Positions 8,921-17,210 of a stretch of DNA of 64,000 nucleotides are shown piece after piece. Source of the DNA: Atopobiaceae bacterium UBA1367. GTDB taxonomy: Bacteria > Actinomycetota > Coriobacteriia > Coriobacteriales > Atopobiaceae. The stretch spans positions 93,628 through 157,627 of the forward strand of contig DBRN01000011.1 in assembly GCA_002305995.1 (NCBI GenBank), read 5' to 3'. Every line of letters starts with the position of its first letter. Position 1 is the stretch's first letter. The notes under the pieces are model-generated. The model saw only the letters and a list, made by a program, of their open reading frames with translations, did not search any database and was not told the origin of the DNA. Both the position numbers and the translations under genes were made by a program.

Positions 8921-11416
8921 TTATCCCAGCACCTCGCCAGCGATCCGAGCGCTCTCGCTGGCGTCCTTCGCGTAGAAGTCGGCGCCGACCATCTGAGCGT
9001 ACTCGGGGTTGAGCACCGCGCCGCCCACGATGACCTTGCACCAGGGCGCCTGCTCATGCAGCAGCTCGATGGTCTCGGCCATGGCGGGCACGGTGGTGGT
9101 CATGAGCGCCGACAGTCCGGCGAGCTCGATGTGGTGCTCCACCACGCAGCTCGCAAACGTCTGCGGGTCGACGTCGCGCCCGAGGTCGATGACCTCATAG
9201 CCATAGTTCTCCAGCAGCATGCGCACGATGTTCTTGCCGATGTCGTGGATGTCCCCCCTGACGGTGGCCAGCGCGACCGTTCCCTTGCTGGGCACCCCAG
9301 ACGAGCCAGCACCTTCCCTGAGCACGGAGAACCCCGCCTTTGCCGCCTCGGCCGAGGCCATGAGCTGCGGCAGGAAGAACGTGCCCCGCTCGAAGCGCGC
9401 CCCCACCTCGTCGAGGGCGGGGACGAGCACCTCGTTGATCACGTACAGGGCGTCGTGGCCCGCCTCGGCGTCGGCGAGAATGACGCGCACGGCATCGGGC
9501 ACGGGATCCTTGCGGCCAGCGAGCACCAGGTCGCGCACCTGGCCTTCGGGCGTGGTGTCAGCCGGTGCCTGCTCCCCGAGGTCGGAGGTTGCGTTCGCCG
9601 TCGGGCTGGCACTCGCGGGGGAGTCGGAGCGGCCTGCGTAGGAGGAGAGGTAGGCCCGCGCGCCCATGTCCTCCCCCGAGAGCACGCGCCACGAGTTGAT
9701 GACGTCCATGAGGCGGTCGCTCATGGGGTTCACGATGGCCAGGTCGAGTCCGGCGGAGAGGGCGGCTGCCAGGAAGGTGGCGTTGACCAGCGGGCGGAAG
9801 GGCAGGCCGAAGCTGATGTTGGAGACGCCCAGCACGCAGCGCACGCCGGGCAGCTCCCTCTTGACCAGGCTGATGCCATCGAGGATGGCTCGGGGTGCGC
9901 GTTGGTCGGTCGAGGCCGCCATGGCCAGGCAGTCGATGATCACGTCGCGACGTGGGATGCCCAGCTCGTCGCAGGCGGCCACGATGCGGCGCGCCACCGA
10001 CAGGCGGCCCTCCGCCGTCGTGGGGATGCCCCCCTCGTCGAGCGTGAGGCCCACGACGGCGCACCCGTAGTGCCTGGCGATGGGCAGCACCGCGTCGAGC
10101 GCCTCCTGCGTGCCGTTGGTGGAGTTGATGACGGGCTTGCCGGGATACAGGCGGACGGCGGCCTCCACGGCAAGCGGGTCCGACGAGTCGATCTGCAGCG
10201 GCAGGGTGGTCACACCCTGCAGCTCGGACACCAGCCGCACGAGGGTGGCACGCTCGTCGATCTCGGGCAGCCCGGCGTTGACGTCCAGGATCTGGGCGCC
10301 CGCACTCGTCTGGCTGATGGCCTCGCCCATCACGTAGTCGTGATTGCCCGAGCGCAGCGCCTCCCTGAGGAGCCTCTTGCCGGTGGGGTTGATGCGTTCG
10401 CCGATGACCCCCACATAACCGGTGGGGATGGCAGTGAGCTGCTGCGCGCTGGTGACGGCGAAGTCGTCGCGTGGCCTGCGCCTCGCGACGCGACGCCCCT
10501 CGAGCAGCGCCCTCTCGCCGGCGATGAACGCGGGCGAGGTGCCGCAGCAGCCACCGATCACGGTGACGCCGGCGTCGAGCATGCGTGCCACGGCCTCGCA
10601 GTACTCGTCCGGTCCGATGGAGTAGAGCGTGCGGCCGTCCTCCACGTGCGGCAGGCCGGCGTTGGCCTGCACCATCACAGGACAGCCCACCCAGGGGAGC
10701 ATGCGCTCCACGAGCGGGGTCACGTCGGAGGGACCCAGCGAGCAGTTGATGCCCACCACGTCGGCGCCCAGCGCGTCGAGCGTGACGGCTGCGACCTCGG
10801 GCGTGGTGCCCAGAAAGGTGCGTCCGTCCTCGTCGAAGGTCATCGTCACGAAGGCGGGGAGGTCCGAGTTCTCCTTCGCGGCAAGCAGGGCGGCCTTCGC
10901 CTCGGCCAGGTCGGCCATCGTCTCGATGACGAGGAGGTCGGCACCCGCGGCGTCGGCGGCGCGCACCTGCTCGGCGAAGAGCTCGTAGGCCTCGTCGAAG
11001 GAGAGCGTGCCCATGGGCTGCAACAGCGCGCCGGTGGGGCCGATGTCCGCGGCGACGTAGCGGGCCCCCGCTGCGCGCGCGCAGGCCGTGGCCGCGGCAA
11101 AGACCTCCTCGACGCCCGCCGTCCCGCCGAGCTTGCCTCGGTTGGCCCCGAACGTGTTGGTGGTCACGACATCCGATCCGGCAGCCACATAGGCCGCGTG
11201 GATCGCGGTGATCTCCTCGGGGTTGGTGAGGCAGAGCAGCTCGGGGATCTCGCCGGCGGCGAGCCCGCGCTCCTGCAGCTGCGTGCCCATGGCGCCGTCA
11301 AGGAGCAGGAAGTCCTTGCCTGCGAGGACCCGCGCGAGGCGCTCGTCACGCACGCGCGGCGAGCGGGTCGCCCGATGGCCCTGAGGGGTGACGGTCGCAA
11401 CCGATGCGCTAGCCAC
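8921..11416 (-). CDS. metH: methionine synthase, cobalamin-dependent core (Hcy-binding, pterin-binding and B12-binding domains; no activation domain)
   Basis: 831-aa ORF. The N-terminus has the homocysteine S-methyltransferase motif (LLLDGAMGTQL...VVTTNTFGAN), followed by a pterin-binding barrel. The C-terminus has the B12-binding D-x-H-x-x-G motif (VRGDIHDIGKNIV). GTG start overlaps the upstream gene by 8 nt. Confidence 0.9.
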   Translation of the reverse strand: MASASVATVTPQGHRATRSPRVRDERLARVLAGKDFLLLDGAMGTQLQERGLAAGEIPELLCLTNPEEITAIHAAYVAAGSDVVTTNTFGANRGKLGGTAGVEEVFAAATACARAAGARYVAADIGPTGALLQPMGTLSFDEAYELFAEQVRAADAAGADLLVIETMADLAEAKAALLAAKENSDLPAFVTMTFDEDGRTFLGTTPEVAAVTLDALGADVVGINCSLGPSDVTPLVERMLPWVGCPVMVQANAGLPHVEDGRTLYSIGPDEYCEAVARMLDAGVTVIGGCCGTSPAFIAGERALLEGRRVARRRPRDDFAVTSAQQLTAIPTGYVGVIGERINPTGKRLLREALRSGNHDYVMGEAISQTSAGAQILDVNAGLPEIDERATLVRLVSELQGVTTLPLQIDSSDPLAVEAAVRLYPGKPVINSTNGTQEALDAVLPIARHYGCAVVGLTLDEGGIPTTAEGRLSVARRIVAACDELGIPRRDVIIDCLAMAASTDQRAPRAILDGISLVKRELPGVRCVLGVSNISFGLPFRPLVNATFLAAALSAGLDLAIVNPMSDRLMDVINSWRVLSGEDMGARAYLSSYAGRSDSPASASPTANATSDLGEQAPADTTPEGQVRDLVLAGRKDPVPDAVRVILADAEAGHDALYVINEVLVPALDEVGARFERGTFFLPQLMASAEAAKAGFSVLREGAGSSGVPSKGTVALATVRGDIHDIGKNIVRMLLENYGYEVIDLGRDVDPQTFASCVVEHHIELAGLSALMTTTVPAMAETIELLHEQAPWCKVIVGGAVLNPEYAQMVGADFYAKDASESARIAGEVLG

Positions 11417-12122
11417 GGCAGGTCCTTCCTGTTCGTCTGATGCTGCAGAAGTCGGAGAGCGGGCAGGTGGTGCACGACGACTCGAGCCCCGGCTGGGGCG
11501 TGGGATGTATCCCCACGATGGCGGTGACGCTCTTGGTGGGCACCATCAGGTGCGAGGGCGTGAGGGTGATGCCCAGCTGGCGGGTGGCGTCAAGCGTGGC
11601 GAGGAAGGCTGGCTGCACCGAGAGCGGCAGGTCCCCGTAGCCGGGGGAGAAGCGCCGGCTAGCGAAGCTGCCCTGGTCGGCGGCGTAGGCGCGAGCATGC
11701 GCCTCTGCCGCGTCGGCGGCCCGCTCGGCGAGCGCGGTGGCCGCCGAGTCGAGGATGACCTGCCCCAGGGCATCGGTCAGGGAGAGGCGCCGCAGCTCGC
11801 GGTCGACATCGGCGCCGAGGGTCGCAGCGAGGAGCACCACCTCGGTGGCGTCGGCGAGGTGAGTCGCGATGTCGTGCCCTGTGAGGGACAACGCGCACCC
11901 ATCGAGCACGACGGCGTCGGGGCGCGTCTCCCTGACGGGGAAGGCGGCGATGGCGGCGCGCGGCCGGGCACAGGCGAGGCAGCGCCCCACCAGGGCGTCG
12001 ATGCGCGCGTCGAGCTCGCCGGTGAGCTCCTGCCCGTGGTAGCCGAGGTAGCGAAGGACCTCGGCGCGGTCGATGTCACGTATGTCGTAGGTCTCGCGCG
12101 CGACGCGCAGCCTGGCGGTCAT
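11409..12122 (-). CDS. methionine synthase activation (AdoMet-binding) domain protein, encoded separately
   Basis: 237-aa ORF with RFSPGYGDLPL and LTPSHLMVPTKSVTAIVG motifs typical of the MetH reactivation domain. It lies between metF and metH. Confidence 0.8.
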   Translation of the reverse strand: MTARLRVARETYDIRDIDRAEVLRYLGYHGQELTGELDARIDALVGRCLACARPRAAIAAFPVRETRPDAVVLDGCALSLTGHDIATHLADATEVVLLAATLGADVDRELRRLSLTDALGQVILDSAATALAERAADAAEAHARAYAADQGSFASRRFSPGYGDLPLSVQPAFLATLDATRQLGITLTPSHLMVPTKSVTAIVGIHPTPQPGLESSCTTCPLSDFCSIRRTGRTCRG

Positions 12123-12134
12123 CGGGGCCTCGCG

Positions 12135-12998
12135 TCACGCACGCAGGTAGCCGCAGTCGGCAAGCGCGTCGTGCACCGCGCGGCCGATCTCGGGCCGGTT
12201 CATGCTGTAGATGTGGATGCCGTCCACGCCGTTCGCCGCGAGGTCGCGCACCTGCTCGCAGGCATAGCGCACCCCCGCGTCAAACTGCGCGCGCACGTCG
12301 TCGCCAGCGGCCACGAGGCGCTTGACCACGCGCGCCGGAATCGAGGCGCCGCAGTTGAAGGCCATGCGCTGCAGCTGTCTGGTGCTGGTGAAGGGCATGA
12401 TGCCGCAGACGATGGGCACCTTGATGCGCTTGCGGTCGCACCGCTCGCGAAAGCGGTAGAAGTCCTCGTTGTCGAAGAAGAGCTGGGTCACCAGGAAGTC
12501 GGTGCCGGCGTCCACCTTCAGCTTGAGGTGCTCGAGGTCGGCCTCGAGGCTCTCGCACTCCACGTGGCCCTCGGGGTAGCAGGCACCGCCCACGCACAGG
12601 CCCGCGTCCTTGAGGTAGGGGATCAGGTCGGACGCGTAGGTGAAGTCGATGGCCTCGCGGCCAGGGGCGTGGTCCCCGCGCAGCGCCAGCACGTTCTCGA
12701 TGCCTGCCGAGTGCAGGCGCCGCACGTAGGCGTCGATGTCGGAGCGAGACGAGCCCAGGCAGGTGAGGTGCGCGAGGGCCGTGGTGCCCACCCCCCGCTC
12801 GATGCGGCGGCCGATGTCGGCGGTGCGCTCGGAGTTTCCCGACCCGCCGGCGGAGAAGGTCACGCTGATCCAGTCGGGGTGGTTCTCGCAGAGCTCGGTG
12901 GACACCTGCGCGGCCTGGTCGACCGACATGTCGCCTTTGGGCGGGAAGATCTCGAACGAGAAGGACTGGCGGCGTGCCAGGATGTCGCTGATCCTCAT
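12135..12998 (-). CDS. metF: 5,10-methylenetetrahydrofolate reductase
   Basis: The start was set to MRISDILARRQSFSFEIFPPKG, preceded by GAAGGGGG. MetF-like FSFEIFPP, HLTC, ALRGD and LVTQLFFD motifs are present. The longer track ORF (to 13418) is unsupported. Confidence 0.9.
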   Translation of the reverse strand: MRISDILARRQSFSFEIFPPKGDMSVDQAAQVSTELCENHPDWISVTFSAGGSGNSERTADIGRRIERGVGTTALAHLTCLGSSRSDIDAYVRRLHSAGIENVLALRGDHAPGREAIDFTYASDLIPYLKDAGLCVGGACYPEGHVECESLEADLEHLKLKVDAGTDFLVTQLFFDNEDFYRFRERCDRKRIKVPIVCGIMPFTSTRQLQRMAFNCGASIPARVVKRLVAAGDDVRAQFDAGVRYACEQVRDLAANGVDGIHIYSMNRPEIGRAVHDALADCGYLRA

Positions 12999-13147
12999 GT
13001 CAACCCCCTTCGGACTGCCCGTGTGCCCCTGATGGTACCCGTCCGATGTTTCGCCTGCGTGAAGGATGACCTCGGGCGCGACGGGACGCGCCCGTGACAG
13101 GACACGTACGCCAACGGTGCCCCGCGTGGGACCGGGCCGGCAGGCGG

Positions 13148-13588
13148 TCAGTACAGGGGCAGCTCGCCGGTGAGCGGATCTATCTGGTCGGCACGCAGCG
13201 GCTCGAAGGCCAGGCAGGTGTAGGTGGGCTCCCCGTGAAACTCCGTGAGCCCGGCGTCGTGCACGAGCGCGTAGGCAAACCCGAGCTCGCGACCACGCGC
13301 CGCGAGGTCGAGCAGCGCCTCCTCGGAGTCGACGTACACGCAGACCTTTGCCACACCTGCGCTGAACCAGTCGGACAGGGGAGTGGGGGGCGTGGTCCCC
13401 TCGTCGAGGTAGACCCATCCGCCGCCCTGTGCGAGACGCACCTGGTCGAGCCGCCCCTCGCGCGCCAGGGCCACGAGCACCGCCTCGACGCAGGCATGAC
13501 CCGCCTGGGCGGCGATCTTGCCCTTGCGCATCCTCAGGTCACGGCGCATGACGATCATCTGCTTTGCCTTGTACGACGAGACGGCCAC
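13148..13588 (-). CDS. PTH2-family (archaeal/eukaryotic-type) peptidyl-tRNA hydrolase
   Basis: MIVMRRDLRMRKGKIAAQAGHA matches the Pth2 signature (V.R.DL.M.KGK.AAQ..HA). A GTG start (VAVSSYKAKQ) is preceded by GAGGAGGG. Confidence 0.78.
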   Translation of the reverse strand: MAVSSYKAKQMIVMRRDLRMRKGKIAAQAGHACVEAVLVALAREGRLDQVRLAQGGGWVYLDEGTTPPTPLSDWFSAGVAKVCVYVDSEEALLDLAARGRELGFAYALVHDAGLTEFHGEPTYTCLAFEPLRADQIDPLTGELPLY

Positions 13589-13812
13589 GGACCCTCCTCG
13601 GTGGTAGTGGTGGTCCGTCCAGCATAGCAGCCCTGCCCACAGGGCGACCATCCGCATCGACGTGGACGCGCTGGGGCACGTGACCATAGCAGCCCCCCTG
13701 CCCAACAGGGCGGCCATGCGGGCGCTCCGCTCGCACGTGTCGCTCTCGCGGCGCAGGGCATGGGCTGCTACCCTAGGGTGGTAGCTTGGCGCGGCTTTGT
13801 GGGAGGTGCGGC

Positions 13813-14601
13813 ATGGCAGAGGGTGCGGGAGGTCCGTGCGCGAGGTTCACCGGGGTCTTCGACTCCGGCGTCGGGGGCATCAGCGTGCTCAGGCATCTTG
13901 TGAGGGAGCTGCCCTCCGAGGACTTTCGGTTCTTTGGCGACTCGGCCCATGCGCCCTATGGGGCGAAGGCCCCTTCCGAGATATACGAGCTTTCGTGCGC
14001 GATAGCCGACCGCATGATCGCCGATGGGGCGAAGGCGTTGGTCATCGCCTGTAACACCGCCACGAGCGCGGCTGCGCCACAGCTGCGCGCCACCTATCCC
14101 GACCTGCCGATCGTGGGGGTCGAGCCGGCCCTGAAGCCTGCCGTGCTCGCGTCCGGCACGGGCAGGATCCTGGTCATGGCGACCGAGGTGACCCTCGCGC
14201 TCGACAAGTTCCACCGCCTGAGCGACCGCTGGGCAGAGGGGACGGAGGTCGAGACGGTCGCCTGCAACGGGCTCGTGGAACGCGTGGAGCGGGGGAACCT
14301 GGACGCCCCCGACGTGATCGAGCTGCTGGAGAGCCTGATCGGCCCGTATCGCGGCAAGGTCGACCGCGTGGTGCTGGGCTGCACGCACTATCCCTTCGTG
14401 CGCAGGCAGATCGCGCAGGTGCTGGGCGACGTGCGCCTCTTTGACGGGGGAGCGGGAACCGCCCGTCAGCTGAGGCGCCTCCTCGGGCAGGGAGGACTGC
14501 TGTGCGACGAGGACAGGCAGGGGAGCGTCTCGTTCGCGTCCAGCATCGACACGCCCGGGGAGCTGGAGCTCTATCGCCGCCTGTTCTCGCAGCCCTGCTA
14601 G
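13813..14601 (+). CDS. murI: glutamate racemase
   Basis: VFDSGVGGISV, PYG and VIACNTATSAA motifs plus a second catalytic-Cys region (VLGCTHYPF). The ATG at 13813 is preceded by GGGAGG. Confidence 0.9.
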   Translation: MAEGAGGPCARFTGVFDSGVGGISVLRHLVRELPSEDFRFFGDSAHAPYGAKAPSEIYELSCAIADRMIADGAKALVIACNTATSAAAPQLRATYPDLPIVGVEPALKPAVLASGTGRILVMATEVTLALDKFHRLSDRWAEGTEVETVACNGLVERVERGNLDAPDVIELLESLIGPYRGKVDRVVLGCTHYPFVRRQIAQVLGDVRLFDGGAGTARQLRRLLGQGGLLCDEDRQGSVSFASSIDTPGELELYRRLFSQPC

Positions 14602-14738
14602 GGCGGGCTGGGCATGGCGCCACGCTGGCACGGTGGCGTGCGAGCCCCTGCCCCCGACCGTCCCGAGACCCACACGCCTTCCGATCCCTCTCCGATGGGA
14701 CCCTGCTTGGTCGCTATCCCCACCGGCCCGCATGAGAA

Positions 14739-14766
14739 GGCCCGCTGCCGGCAAGGGCAGCGGGCC
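14739..14766. terminator. putative bidirectional terminator hairpin between convergent genes
   Basis: 11-bp perfect stem GGCCCGCTGCC / GGCAGCGGGCC with a 6-nt loop, between the murI (+) and GGGtGRT (-) gene ends. Confidence 0.55.
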
Positions 14767-14792
14767 AGGGTACCACAGGAGGAACAGCTACC

Positions 14793-15797
14793 TTACTTGG
14801 CGAGCGCCTCCTCGACGGCGACGGCGCACGCGACGGTGCAGCCGACCATCGGGTTGTTGCCCATGCCGATGAGGCCCATCATGTCAACGTGGGCGGGCAC
14901 GGAGGAGGAGCCGGCGAACTGGGCGCTGGAGTGCATGCGGCCCATGGTGTCGGTCATGCCATAGGAGGCGGGACCGGCATGCATGTTGTCCGGATGCAGG
15001 GTGCGGCCGGTGCCGCCGCCGGAGGCGACGGAGAAGTACTTCTTGCCGTCCAGCACGCGCTCCTTGAAGTAGGTGCCGGCCACGGGGTGCTGGAAGCGGG
15101 TCGGGTTGGTCGAGTTGCCGGTGATGGAGATGTCGGCGTTCTCGTGCCACATGATGGCGACGCCCTCGCGTACGTCGTCGGCACCGTAGCAGTTGACCTT
15201 GGCGCGCGGGCTGTCGGAGTACGGGGTGGTCCGTACGACCTCGAGCTCGCCGGTGAAGTAGTCGAACTTGGTCTGGACGTAGGTGAAGCCGTTGATGCGG
15301 GCGATGATCTGGGCGGCGTCCTTGCCCAGCCCGTTCAGGATGACGCGCAGCGGCTTCTTGCGGGCCTTGTTGGCGTTGTTGGCGATGCCGATGGCGCCCT
15401 CGGCGGCCGCGAAGGACTCGTGGCCAGCGAGGAAGGCGAAGCACTCGGTGTCCTCGCCGAGCAGCATGGCGCCCAGGTTGCCGTGGCCCAGGCCGACCTT
15501 GCGATCCTCCGCGACGGAGCCGGGGACGCAGAAGGCCTGCAGGCCGATGCCGATGGCGGCGGCGGCCTCAGAGGCGTTCTTGGCGCCCTTCTTGACGGCG
15601 ATGGCGCAGCCGAGAATGTAGGCCCACTTGGCGTTCTCGAACGCGATGGACTGGATGTCCTCGGTGATGTCATAGGGGTTGAATCCCAGGTCGGTGCAGA
15701 TCTTGAGGGCTTCCTCGAGGTCAGCGATACCATACTCAGCGAGCGTCTTGTTGATCTTGTCGATGCGGCGCTCGTAGCCTTCGAACGTGACTGCCAT
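14793..15797 (-). CDS. GGGtGRT-family protein (function unknown)
   Basis: 334-aa ORF containing the eponymous motif (SVASGGGTGRTLHPDN). Its length is typical of the family. Confidence 0.85.
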   Translation of the reverse strand: MAVTFEGYERRIDKINKTLAEYGIADLEEALKICTDLGFNPYDITEDIQSIAFENAKWAYILGCAIAVKKGAKNASEAAAAIGIGLQAFCVPGSVAEDRKVGLGHGNLGAMLLGEDTECFAFLAGHESFAAAEGAIGIANNANKARKKPLRVILNGLGKDAAQIIARINGFTYVQTKFDYFTGELEVVRTTPYSDSPRAKVNCYGADDVREGVAIMWHENADISITGNSTNPTRFQHPVAGTYFKERVLDGKKYFSVASGGGTGRTLHPDNMHAGPASYGMTDTMGRMHSSAQFAGSSSVPAHVDMMGLIGMGNNPMVGCTVACAVAVEEALAK

Positions 15798-15815
15798 TAA
15801 GCTCAGCTCCTTTCT

Positions 15816-16508
15816 CTATTCCTTGCGGGGGTCGATGGTCTTGGCGGGGGCATCCCACTGGCCGTAGCGGCCGGTGGACGCCTTGATGGCCTCGTTGGCG
15901 TCGACGCCCTTCTTGACGTCGTCCATGAACTTGCCGAGGTTGAGGAACTCGAACCCGATGATCTCGTTGTCCTCGTTGAGGGCGAGCTGGGTGATGTAGC
16001 CCTGGGCGAGCTCGAGGTAGCGGGCCCCCTTGGCAGCGGTGCCATAGGTGGTGCCGAGCATGGAGCGCAGGCCCTTGCCGAGGTCGTCGAGGCCGGCGCC
16101 GATGGGCAGGCCGTCCTCGGAGAAGGCGGTCTGGGTGCGGCCGTAGACGATCTGCAGGAACAGCTCGCGCATGGCGACGTTGATGGCGTCGCAGACGAGG
16201 TCGGTGTTGAGGGCCTCGAGGATGGTCTTCTTGGGCAGGATCTCGGCGGCCATGGCGGCGGAGTGGGTCATGCCCGAGCAGCCTAGGGTCTCGACGAGGG
16301 CCTCCTCGATGATGCCCTTCTTGACGTTGAGGCTGAGCTTGCAGGCGCCCTGCTGCGGCGCGCACCAGCCGACACCGTGGGTGTAGCCGGAGATGTCCTC
16401 AAGCTGCTTGGCCTGAATCCACTGACCCTCCTCGGGAATGGGCGCGGGCCCGTGGTATGCGCCCTTGGTCACGGGGCACATCTTCTCCACATCTGACGAA
16501 TACTGCAT
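15816..16508 (-). CDS. NifU-like iron-sulfur cluster scaffold-related protein (usual partner of GGGtGRT)
   Basis: 230-aa ORF with NifU/IscU-like cysteine contexts (GWCAPQQGACKLSL, TLGCSGMTHSAAMA). It sits immediately upstream of, and co-oriented with, the GGGtGRT gene. Confidence 0.75.
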   Translation of the reverse strand: MQYSSDVEKMCPVTKGAYHGPAPIPEEGQWIQAKQLEDISGYTHGVGWCAPQQGACKLSLNVKKGIIEEALVETLGCSGMTHSAAMAAEILPKKTILEALNTDLVCDAINVAMRELFLQIVYGRTQTAFSEDGLPIGAGLDDLGKGLRSMLGTTYGTAAKGARYLELAQGYITQLALNEDNEIIGFEFLNLGKFMDDVKKGVDANEAIKASTGRYGQWDAPAKTIDPRKE

Positions 16509-16993
16509 GAATGCTCCTCTCCATCACATCACGCGCACCCCCTCTTGTGGGGGCGTGCTGAAATCCGGTGTGCGGCGGCGAGGAGCACTGCCCGCGGACG
16601 CCCTGCGCCCGCGGCCCCTCCTCGGCGACATGCGCCTGCCGTCCCCACGACAGGCCACGCGCCTAGTGTACGGCACCGAGGCCGTGAAGCGACCAGCGGA
16701 GGCGCGGGCGTTCAAAGATGTTCGGGAAACGTTCTCACATGGCCGCAAATGGCCTTGCGCCTGGCCGGGCCCTGCCGTGGAAGGCTTTTTGCGGCGCTTT
16801 GTTTCGGTTCCGCGAATGAGCGGCATCCATCCGCCGCCCTGCAGCGCCCTTGTGTCATAGTCGGCCCATCGCGACCATGAGGGTCGCGACGATGCGAGGG
16901 GGCTCACCATGGCAGGGAAGGGCAGTGCGGACACGAGGGTCGTCGGGCGTATGGTCTCGCGCGCCCTCCTCGGCGATGCCCGCATGCCCCTCC

Positions 16994-17030
16994 TGCGACT
17001 TACGAGCCTTCCCTTGCGACTTACGAGCCT
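16994..17030 (+). repeat. 21-bp tandem repeat x2 in a long non-coding region
   Basis: TGCGACTTACGAGCCT occurs at 16994-17009 and 17015-17030. Confidence 0.8.
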
Positions 17031-17210
17031 CCCCCTGGCACCCTAGGTCGCCGACGCGCCGCGAGCGCCGCGCCACGAGCGCGGCTGCGCCCGAGAGGCA
17101 TGCCACTGCGACCAGCGAGCGCCGCCATTCCCGCCAGCACGGTCCGCGAACGCCGCCCCCCTCGCGCACGACATCATGCGATGTGAGGGAGCCTAACGAG
17201 AGGAACGGAC

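Noticed and set aside
12999-13147. SAM (S-box, SAM-IV or similar) riboswitch upstream of the metF-metH operon
   Set aside because: The 149-nt leader has hairpins (for example GGCGCG-tcccgt-CGCGCC) but none of the conserved SAM-I or SAM-IV blocks that I can recognise by eye. It is not callable without a covariance-model search.
16724-16739. GGGAAACGTTCTCACA considered as a fourth ScrR-type operator
   Set aside because: It resembles the TGTGAAATCGTTC motif only loosely, with the central spacing shifted by one. It lies upstream of the unrelated NifU-like/GGGtGRT operon. It may instead be a cre-like or other LacI-family site, and the evidence is too weak to call.
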